A DNA stretch of 34,546 nt from a virus (lineage: Duplodnaviria > Caudoviricetes). Shown here in pieces: positions 1-6,176 of the stretch (its first letter is position 1; each line of letters opens with the position of its first letter). A program made the translations under genes and the position numbers. Below the pieces are notes generated by a model, which saw only the letters and a program-made list of their open reading frames with translations, had not been told where the DNA came from and did not search any database. The stretch covers positions 1 through 34,546 of IMG/VR virus record IMGVR_UViG_3300005611_000106, one strand, 5' to 3'.

Positions 1-99
1 TGGTCATTCATCGTAGTGAACAAAAAAGTTGGTGTCACTTGTGTCATTGCATCGGGCGATAACTTCACCATGTTCTTCCCAGGTGGTGAAGGCATTTAA
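1..99 (+). CDS. 3' end of a hypothetical protein (partial, runs off window start)
   Basis: Frame +1 is open from base 1 (WSFIVVNKKVGVTCVIASGDNFTMFFPGGEGI) to TAA at 97-99, just before the late promoter. Confidence 0.55.
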   Translation, partial: WSFIVVNKKVGVTCVIASGDNFTMFFPGGEGI

Positions 100-120
100 T
101 GTGACAATTTTTTGACCTAT

Positions 121-128
121 TATAAATA
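121..128 (+). promoter_or_regulatory. T4-type late promoter (gp55-dependent)
   Basis: Exact TATAAATA in an intergenic gap, 45 nt before the ATG at 174. Confidence 0.85.
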
Positions 129-173
129 GCATAGAATAAGAAACCAAATACATCATGCATTGGGAGAGTTATT

Positions 174-716
174 ATGCAAAAGATGTGTGCGGTGCTATTC
201 TTTACTATGTTTACATCTCTTACGTTTGGCAATGATCCAATCGTAACCGAATCGACTACAAATAGCACAGTTACAACAAATGGATCGATGGATACTACCA
301 TAAAGTCTCCACCGCCTTCTGCTATCTCGCCACAGTTCAGTGCGGGTAGCAACAGTGATTTATGCACTGTAGGTGTAGCGGGTGCGGTTCAAACTCAAAT
401 CCTTGGTATCTCAGCAGGAACTACCTTCACAGAGGAGAACTGCGTTCGTCTGAAAAATGCCAAAACCATGTATGACATGGGTATGAAAGTTGCCGCAGTA
501 TCAATCATGTGTCAGGACGAAAAGGTCTTTGATGCAATGATGAACGCTGGCACACCTTGTCCATATAAAGGATTGATTGGTGATGCAGCACGGATTGGTT
601 GGGAGTCTCACGTTGAAGAGACTAGAAAAGAACTCGCAGAATCGGATAAACCAGATGTTAAGACAACTGCCACTTTTGGTGGTCTTGGGTTGTTGGGTTG
701 GATACTCTTACTCTGA
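174..716 (+). CDS. Exported/membrane-anchored hypothetical protein with Cys-flanked beta-hairpin
   Basis: Signal-peptide-like N-terminus, Thr/Ser-rich linker, DLC-TVGVAGAVQTQILGISAGTT-...-ENC segment, four Cys in the mature part, hydrophobic C-terminus GGLGLLGWILLL. GGAG RBS upstream. Confidence 0.8.
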   Translation: MQKMCAVLFFTMFTSLTFGNDPIVTESTTNSTVTTNGSMDTTIKSPPPSAISPQFSAGSNSDLCTVGVAGAVQTQILGISAGTTFTEENCVRLKNAKTMYDMGMKVAAVSIMCQDEKVFDAMMNAGTPCPYKGLIGDAARIGWESHVEETRKELAESDKPDVKTTATFGGLGLLGWILLL

Positions 717-1560
717 GAGTATAGCACCGTATTATGGAACGACACCAAATGCTGCTTCTAGTGGTAATACTTGGAGTATGAATAGTGTGCTCCCATCTGG
801 TGTCCCAGGATTAGACATAGATTTGGTGATTTACAACTATACACCGATCAAAGAGACACAAGATAGTATGATTGTTCACATTCAGAATGAGAATGCTGAT
901 GGTACGGGATACATTTTTAGAGAGTCTGACGATTGGTCTGGGTTACAAGGTGGCACGGAAATCCGAAAGGTAGTTCCAGTGACACCAGTAAATCGTAATC
1001 AGTGGGGTGATGGTTCAATCGAGGTAGAGGGAACTGGAACTGTTGATAACGCAAGTGTGATCTACAACTATCGTGTTGATCCTTGTTACGATCCTCAGTT
1101 TAATCCCAACTGTCCGGGATATGAGGTGCAGATACCAGAGATTGAAACTGTCGATGTTTCGACATTATATAATCCTTTAGAGGATGAGAATGTCAAAAAC
1201 TCGACATCATCAACTGATACTGACCAATACGAAGAAGATGAGAATGCTAAGTCTGAAGAAGAGTTAGCAAAGGAAGAAGAGGAAGAAGAAAAGGATAGTA
1301 AAGAAAGATTGGAGAAAGCACTCGCTGCTGCCGATAATACACTTATGTTTGCAGAAGCAATCGCCCAATCTCAAATATTGGATGCTATGAATATGGCAAT
1401 CAATATGAACTCTTACTATTCCGCTACCATTACTGGTGGCACTTACGCGGATTCAGTAGTTCTGGTAGACAAAGAAATACCAGATAATAAACAAGGTTTG
1501 AGGAACGGTTTGGCACAACAACTGCTACATGATAAGATGATTGAAATGCAGTACAAATAA
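655..1560 (+). CDS. Exported hypothetical protein (beta-rich N-domain, DPC-x8-CPGY motif, acidic coiled coil)
   Basis: Start moved from 577 to ATG 655, which gives a signal peptide (MLRQLPLLVVLGCWVGYSYS). Contains DPCYDPQFNPNCPGY, an E/K-rich helix and C-terminal HDKMIEMQY. Confidence 0.8.
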   Translation: MLRQLPLLVVLGCWVGYSYSESIAPYYGTTPNAASSGNTWSMNSVLPSGVPGLDIDLVIYNYTPIKETQDSMIVHIQNENADGTGYIFRESDDWSGLQGGTEIRKVVPVTPVNRNQWGDGSIEVEGTGTVDNASVIYNYRVDPCYDPQFNPNCPGYEVQIPEIETVDVSTLYNPLEDENVKNSTSSTDTDQYEEDENAKSEEELAKEEEEEEKDSKERLEKALAAADNTLMFAEAIAQSQILDAMNMAINMNSYYSATITGGTYADSVVLVDKEIPDNKQGLRNGLAQQLLHDKMIEMQYK

Positions 1561-1575
1561 TACTAGGAGAAGAAA

Positions 1576-2076
1576 GTGTTTAAAAACGCAATCATTGTTG
1601 TTATGTCATTGAGTGCACTGAGTGTACAAGCGGCAGAAGTACCGATTAACGGCACTGTCCAATCTCGTTGTGTAATCACAACTGATACGGCAGGTGTCTA
1701 CGGTAACCCCAATGCCTATACACTAACGACTGACCCCGCAAGTGGTGGACAGTTGCCGGTGGTTCGTTTCGATGTCACATTGGCAGATGCATACTATGCT
1801 GAGATCACAGCACCCACTGAGTTTAGTTCAAGTCCTACATTACCAGACACAGTAACTTGGACAGGAGACACTACGGTGCAGACGGTATCAGACGCAACTG
1901 GTATGGGTTCGTATGAAGCAAACAAAGTAGAACTTGGTATGACCGACAAGTATGATCTAACTGCAACTGGTTCAACTTGGTTTAAGACTTCATCTACAGC
2001 AACGTTGGGTGGCAATCGTGCTTTCCCTGGTGGTAACTACACTGCACTTGTAGAGGCAGAGTGTATCGCTCAGTAA
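1576..2076 (+). CDS. Exported fimbrial/pilin-like (Ig-fold) protein
   Basis: GTG start with AGGAG RBS and signal peptide ending VQA. Mature N-terminus VPINGTVQSRC and C-terminus FPGGNYTALVEAEC resemble the first and last strands of chaperone-usher/Csu-type pilins. Confidence 0.6.
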   Translation: MFKNAIIVVMSLSALSVQAAEVPINGTVQSRCVITTDTAGVYGNPNAYTLTTDPASGGQLPVVRFDVTLADAYYAEITAPTEFSSSPTLPDTVTWTGDTTVQTVSDATGMGSYEANKVELGMTDKYDLTATGSTWFKTSSTATLGGNRAFPGGNYTALVEAECIAQ

Positions 2077-2084
2077 GGGATGTT

Positions 2085-2456
2085 ATGAAAAGATTGTTAT
2101 TGACACTGTTACTTGTGTCGGGGTTTGCTTTCTCTCATGAGCAAGTCCCAACATATCCTAAATGGGAACGAGGAATCTATCCTGGGGTATTGACAACTAC
2201 GATTGAAATATTCAATAAAAGAAGTGATGTGGAGTTCTATGAAATTGGAGTGTTTGATAAAGATTGGCAACCTGTTTACTTTGTAGCAGATTACAAAGTG
2301 ATTCAGTTGAAGTATCTATCAAGTGCATCGATTGACATTTACATTGCGAAAGAGAATAGAGATGTTGTTGAGTATGTCTGCTCACGATCAAAAATAAGAA
2401 AAGGTGGCGATGCAAGAACTGCCGTATCATCAAAGATTTGCTCAAGGTTTAAGTGA
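2085..2456 (+). CDS. Exported small beta protein, weakly reminiscent of a pilus-chaperone N-domain
   Basis: Start reassigned to ATG 2085 (AAGGGA RBS), giving signal peptide MKRLLLTLLLVSGFAFS. VPT...TIEIFN...YEIGV strand pattern; two C-terminal Cys (CSR twice). Confidence 0.6.
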   Translation: MKRLLLTLLLVSGFAFSHEQVPTYPKWERGIYPGVLTTTIEIFNKRSDVEFYEIGVFDKDWQPVYFVADYKVIQLKYLSSASIDIYIAKENRDVVEYVCSRSKIRKGGDARTAVSSKICSRFK

Positions 2457-2878
2457 TGAGAAGATTTGGTTTAGTTTGTTTTCTGTTGATTTTTAGTGGT
2501 TATGCTGTTGCAGAGAACAGTTCGCTAAACCTACAGTTGCCAAGTTCAAGTGCAACCTATGGACAAGATAGTTTTAGAGCAGGAGACTTGGACTGCAAAA
2601 ACGCAATCGGTGGTGCTACAAACGTAGAGTTCGGTATGACAGGGATTGTCGATAATGCGACAGGTCCGTTTGGTTCTGAAGACCCATTGCGTCCAGAATC
2701 AAAAGACATTGGTGTGTATGCACGAATCATTATACCATTGGACGGACCTGACGAACGAATCAACTGTAACACACTCTATCAGTTGGAGTTGCGTAAGAAG
2801 CGGATTGAGATTCTGAAGTTGCAAGAAGAGTTAGAAGCACTGAAGAAACTAAATCAATCAAACTCATTTGAGAACTGA
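2456..2878 (+). CDS. Exported protein with Cys-clamped amphipathic beta-hairpin and C-terminal coiled coil
   Basis: TGATG overlap with the previous stop and signal peptide ending AVA. LDC...VEFGMTGIV...DIGVYARIIIPLD...INC, then a heptad helix (LELRKKRIEILKLQEELEALKKL). Confidence 0.75.
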   Translation: MRRFGLVCFLLIFSGYAVAENSSLNLQLPSSSATYGQDSFRAGDLDCKNAIGGATNVEFGMTGIVDNATGPFGSEDPLRPESKDIGVYARIIIPLDGPDERINCNTLYQLELRKKRIEILKLQEELEALKKLNQSNSFEN

Positions 2879-3018
2879 TGATTCGATTAAAACCGAAGAA
2901 ACCAAAACAAATCAAGTATTCTTTTGAAGAGAGGTTAATACTAGAAAGAATACAAAAAGTGCGAGATGATTTTGAGTATAATAAAAAACAAATCTTGAGG
3001 AAACTGAAGGAGAGATAA
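2878..3018 (+). CDS. Small basic hypothetical protein (46 aa), not in ORF track
   Basis: ATG overlaps the upstream TGA. MIRLKPKKPKQIKYSFEERLILERIQKVRDDFEYNKKQILRKLKER ends at TAA 3016-3018, abutting the next ATG, so it fills the gap exactly. Confidence 0.65.
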   Translation: MIRLKPKKPKQIKYSFEERLILERIQKVRDDFEYNKKQILRKLKER

Positions 3019-3495
3019 ATGGACCCCGTTACCATAATAACGGGGGCAACGGTTGCTTTTAATACCGTGAAAAAAATGATTGAGGCGGGACGCGAGATCG
3101 AAGATGTCGCAGGACAATTAGGACAATGGTTCTCTGCTGTTAGTGACTTTTACCATTTAGAGGAGCAAACCAAGAACCCCCCTCTATTCAAAAAGATCAC
3201 CCATAGTAAGTCAGTCGAGCAAGAAGCACTCGACTTGATGATCCAAAAGAAAAAGATTAAAGAGCAAGAAGATCAGTTGAGAGAAATGATCCTATGGACA
3301 TATGGTCAAGATGCCTACCGTGATATGATGACGTATCGTAAAGCAATCCGTGAAGAACGTGAACGTGCAGTCTATAAACAACAAAAAGCAAGAAAGAAAA
3401 TCATAGATAGTATTATTATTCTGATTGCGGTTGGCGGCAGTTTATGGGCACTCATCGCGGCAGTAGGGTTTATGATATCATTAGGAGCAAAGTAA
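3019..3495 (+). CDS. Helical hypothetical protein with C-terminal transmembrane segment
   Basis: AAGGAG RBS; helical charged core; basic patch followed by IIILIAVGGSLWALIAAVGFMISL. Confidence 0.8.
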   Translation: MDPVTIITGATVAFNTVKKMIEAGREIEDVAGQLGQWFSAVSDFYHLEEQTKNPPLFKKITHSKSVEQEALDLMIQKKKIKEQEDQLREMILWTYGQDAYRDMMTYRKAIREERERAVYKQQKARKKIIDSIIILIAVGGSLWALIAAVGFMISLGAK

Positions 3496-3851
3496 TGAAA
3501 GTAGCAGTCATCGCATCAGCACTACTCATCAGTGGTTGTTCGATGATCCCTTCAATGTGGGATGACAATGAATCGTATGCAGTGGCAAAGATTCGCCACT
3601 CTGTAGACTATTTGGATTGTAGTGGCAACTATTTGCCACAAGCACGGCAAGTTCAGTCCGATGTTCGTTTCCTTGAACTCTATAGTTCAAGCAAGGGTTC
3701 TGAAGATTTACTAAGTATGGTTAGCAAGATGAAACTGACGGTTGATGGTTTGGTAGATTCGGATGAGAACAAAGTTTTCTGCACGATTAAGAAGAAGCAG
3801 TTAGTAAAACAGTCAGCACTGATTGCTGATGCAGCAATGGAGAGATTCTAA
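3495..3851 (+). CDS. Predicted lipoprotein
   Basis: Start reassigned to ATG 3495 (TAATG overlap, AGGAG RBS). MKVAVIASALLISG-C lipobox-like signal, two further Cys, helical mature part. Confidence 0.75.
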   Translation: MKVAVIASALLISGCSMIPSMWDDNESYAVAKIRHSVDYLDCSGNYLPQARQVQSDVRFLELYSSSKGSEDLLSMVSKMKLTVDGLVDSDENKVFCTIKKKQLVKQSALIADAAMERF

Positions 3852-4084
3852 TGATCCAAGAGATTCAAGCACTGGTAGAGTGTGAAGACAAAGAAGTCGC
3901 AGCAAAGGCAGACGAGATTTGTATGATCCACGCGGCATATGAGAACGGTGATATCACCAAAGAAATGTATGTCGAGTTACTTGAAGATACAAAACGCACT
4001 TACGAGATTATGGAAGAAGCAGACGACATGAAGTTCAAAGCAATGTTAGTGACGGGTGTTTACGGAATCTTACAGGTAATCTAA
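3851..4084 (+). CDS. Small acidic helical hypothetical protein
   Basis: 77-aa ORF, translationally coupled (TAATG), with a hydrophobic C-terminal tail. Confidence 0.7.
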   Translation: MIQEIQALVECEDKEVAAKADEICMIHAAYENGDITKEMYVELLEDTKRTYEIMEEADDMKFKAMLVTGVYGILQVI

Positions 4085-4086
4085 CA

Positions 4087-4632
4087 ATGGCAGAGATGGA
4101 ATTTGGCGGTGTAAAGTTCAAAGGTGGAAAGATGATGGTTCTTTTCACTGCTCTATCTACTCTGAGTGGTGCTTTGTGGGCGGGGTTTGAGTTCTACAAA
4201 GACTACATGGACATGAAAGAGATTGTCCAGAACATCGATGTCCAAGCAATCGAGTCATCGAATCAGCAAGTTCTTATCAAAATGGAAGAGCAGATGGTTC
4301 GTATTGAGGAAGCAATCGAATACACCCGCGACATCAAGTCTGGTTTGCGTGACGATATACTTGGTATCGAAAAGCAGGTTGACCGTATGGAAGACGATAT
4401 GCGTGAGCAAGAACAAGAGGTTCGTGATATCATTGCAAACGCAGAAGAAAGATTTGAAAATAAACGTGATGGATTACAAAATGATTATGATGAGAAGGCA
4501 AATAGGTTGCGTGATAGTAATGACACCCGAATGAATGATCTTGAAGCAAAAGTCGAACGTGACCTTAAAGAGTTAGATGAAAGACTTAGCGATAAATTGC
4601 AAAGAGCACTTGACAACCCACTTGCAAACTGA
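4087..4632 (+). CDS. N-terminally membrane-anchored coiled-coil protein (i-spanin-like topology)
   Basis: Hydrophobic segment MMVLFTALSTLSGALWAGFEFY followed by about 140 aa of charged heptad-rich helix ending ALDNPLAN. Confidence 0.75.
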   Translation: MAEMEFGGVKFKGGKMMVLFTALSTLSGALWAGFEFYKDYMDMKEIVQNIDVQAIESSNQQVLIKMEEQMVRIEEAIEYTRDIKSGLRDDILGIEKQVDRMEDDMREQEQEVRDIIANAEERFENKRDGLQNDYDEKANRLRDSNDTRMNDLEAKVERDLKELDERLSDKLQRALDNPLAN

Positions 4633-4638
4633 TACAAT
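4610..4638 (+). promoter_or_regulatory. sigma70-type (early) promoter for gp33
   Basis: TTGACA (4610-4615), 17-bp spacer, TACAAT (4633-4638) with extended -10 TG. Confidence 0.75.
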
Positions 4639-4663
4639 GTGTGCATTATAAGTTGGAGTCGGT

Positions 4664-4876
4664 ATGGCAAGTAAAGAAGAGTTCTCAGTAATGATTGAAA
4701 GATTTGCGAAAGAGAAGCGGTGTTCTTACATGGATGCCGTGATTCTCTATGCTGAAGAAAATGAAATAGAAGTGGAATCAGCAGCGCGTATGATCTCGCA
4801 ATCATTGAAAGAGAAGATTGAGGTGGAAGCACAGGATTTAAACTTTTTACCTAAATCAGCGAGGTTACCAATATGA
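4664..4876 (+). CDS. gp33: Late transcription co-activator gp33
   Basis: FS..IE...K....YMDAV..Y.EEN.IE.E..A..IS.SLKEKIE.EA..LNFL....LPI pattern of T4 gp33 homologs. Confidence 0.92.
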   Translation: MASKEEFSVMIERFAKEKRCSYMDAVILYAEENEIEVESAARMISQSLKEKIEVEAQDLNFLPKSARLPI

Positions 4877-5070
4877 ACAAAGAATACCCAACACCAATGA
4901 CAGATGCTTTATATGAGAGAGATGTCTTGCGTAAGCAAGTCAATGAACTCCGTAACGAAATTGAGCAACTGAAAAAGAACCAATGTCAGTGCCCTAGCGA
5001 AAGTGGGGAACTGCGTGAAGTCGTGGGCGATACAGACCCCGTAAAAAAAGTTGAGTTTTTAGACGAATAA
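4873..5070 (+). CDS. Small hypothetical coiled-coil protein
   Basis: 65-aa ORF with ATGA overlap and GAGG RBS; short coiled coil and CQC. Confidence 0.6.
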   Translation: MNKEYPTPMTDALYERDVLRKQVNELRNEIEQLKKNQCQCPSESGELREVVGDTDPVKKVEFLDE

Positions 5071-5074
5071 AGAC

Positions 5075-5103
5075 TTGACAAACCCATAAGATGCCTATAT
5101 AAT
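5075..5103 (+). promoter_or_regulatory. Consensus sigma70 promoter for gp32
   Basis: TTGACA (5075-5080), 17 bp, TATAAT (5098-5103): a perfect consensus in intergenic DNA. Confidence 0.9.
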
Positions 5104-5126
5104 AGTAGATATATTATGCAAATTGT

Positions 5127-5170
5127 GGATACGAAGTAATACATTTTTATACAGCAATACAAGGATACGA
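5127..5170 (+). repeat. Five ATAC units in the gp32 leader (putative translational operator)
   Basis: ATAC at 5129, 5139, 5149, 5157 and 5165; GGATACGA occurs twice. Confidence 0.6.
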
Positions 5171-5173
5171 GAA

Positions 5174-6109
5174 ATGTCAGAATCATTTTCTTCCCTCAAG
5201 CGGTCTTCCCGCAACAATCTACAAAACTTAATGGCAGAAACCAACAAACTTGCTAAAGGTAATCAGCAAGGTGGTGCTGATGATCGCTTCTGGAAACCAG
5301 AAGTCGATAAAGCAGGTAATGGTTATGCCGTAATCCGTTTTCTCCCTGCACCAAACGGTGAAGATATTCCTTGGGTTCGTGTGTTCGATCACGGTTTCCA
5401 AGGCATCGGTGGGTGGTACATCGAAAACTCACTCACTACGGTTGGCAAGAAAGACCCCGTGTCTGAATACAACTCTATGCTTTGGAACTCAGGTATCGAA
5501 GCAAACAAAGAGCAAGCACGAAAGCAGAAGCGGCGTCTGAAGTATATTGCCAACATCTATGTGGTATCTGATCCATCAAACCCACAGAACGAAGGTAAGG
5601 TTTTCCTCTACCAGTTCGGTAAGAAAATCTTTGATAAGATTAACGATGTCATGAATCCACAGTTTGAGGATGAGACACCAGTTAACCCATTTGATTTTTG
5701 GGAAGGTGCAAACTTCAAGTTGAAGATTCGTAATGTCGAAGGATATCGTAACTACGATAAGTCTGAGTTTGAATCACCATCAACACTTGGTGACTTTGAA
5801 GATGGCGAGTTGGAAGCAATCTGGAAGCAAGAGCAATCACTTGCTGAGTTTATTGCACCAGAGAACTTCAAGTCGTATGAAGAACTCCAAGCAAAACTGA
5901 ACAAGGTGCTTGGTTTAGATGGTGCTAAACCAGTGCCAAAGGGTCGTGCTGCTGACGAAGAAGAACTTAATGAAACTGTTGAAGTTCGTCAGAGTGCGAG
6001 TGCAAGTGTCGGAAAGGTTGCAACGCAACCTACTGCGGATGAGATTCCGTGGGGTGACACTGAAGAAGACGATAGTCTTTCCTTCTTTGAAGGTCTAGCA
6101 AAAGACTAA
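5174..6109 (+). CDS. gp32: Single-stranded DNA-binding protein gp32
   Basis: DDRFWKPEVDKAGNGYAVIRFLP, HGFQG..GWYIENSLTT, FGKKIFDKI, NPFDFWEGANFKLKI, YRNYDKSEF and an acidic tail. Start reassigned to ATG 5174 (AAGGA RBS). Confidence 0.97.
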   Translation: MSESFSSLKRSSRNNLQNLMAETNKLAKGNQQGGADDRFWKPEVDKAGNGYAVIRFLPAPNGEDIPWVRVFDHGFQGIGGWYIENSLTTVGKKDPVSEYNSMLWNSGIEANKEQARKQKRRLKYIANIYVVSDPSNPQNEGKVFLYQFGKKIFDKINDVMNPQFEDETPVNPFDFWEGANFKLKIRNVEGYRNYDKSEFESPSTLGDFEDGELEAIWKQEQSLAEFIAPENFKSYEELQAKLNKVLGLDGAKPVPKGRAADEEELNETVEVRQSASASVGKVATQPTADEIPWGDTEEDDSLSFFEGLAKD

Positions 6110-6150
6110 AGTCGGTTCTCTCCAGTGGTCTGGTCAACCACTGTCTCTCT

Positions 6151-6176
6151 GGGGGTGTGCAATGCACCCCCTTTTT
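6151..6176 (+). terminator. Rho-independent terminator after gp32
   Basis: GGGGGTGT-GCAAT-GCACCCCC stem-loop followed by TTTTT at a convergent gene junction. A second hairpin, CAGTGGT-n7-ACCACTG, lies at 6123-6143. Confidence 0.85.

Noticed and set aside
65-367. 100-aa minus-strand ORF and the many other short shadow ORFs in the track (e.g. 1794-2015, 4485-4832, 6791-7300, 14633-15169, 22490-22840)
   Set aside because: They lie antisense or out of frame inside well-supported genes and show no recognisable motifs.
577-654. Longer N-termini given by the ORF track for ORFs at 577, 2061, 3444, 5123, 10847 and 29330
   Set aside because: Downstream ATGs give better RBS or coupling and restore signal peptides or family N-termini.
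1225-1320. GAA-rich stretch as a tandem repeat or array
   Set aside because: Explained by Glu/Lys-rich coding sequence; there is no repeat-spacer structure.
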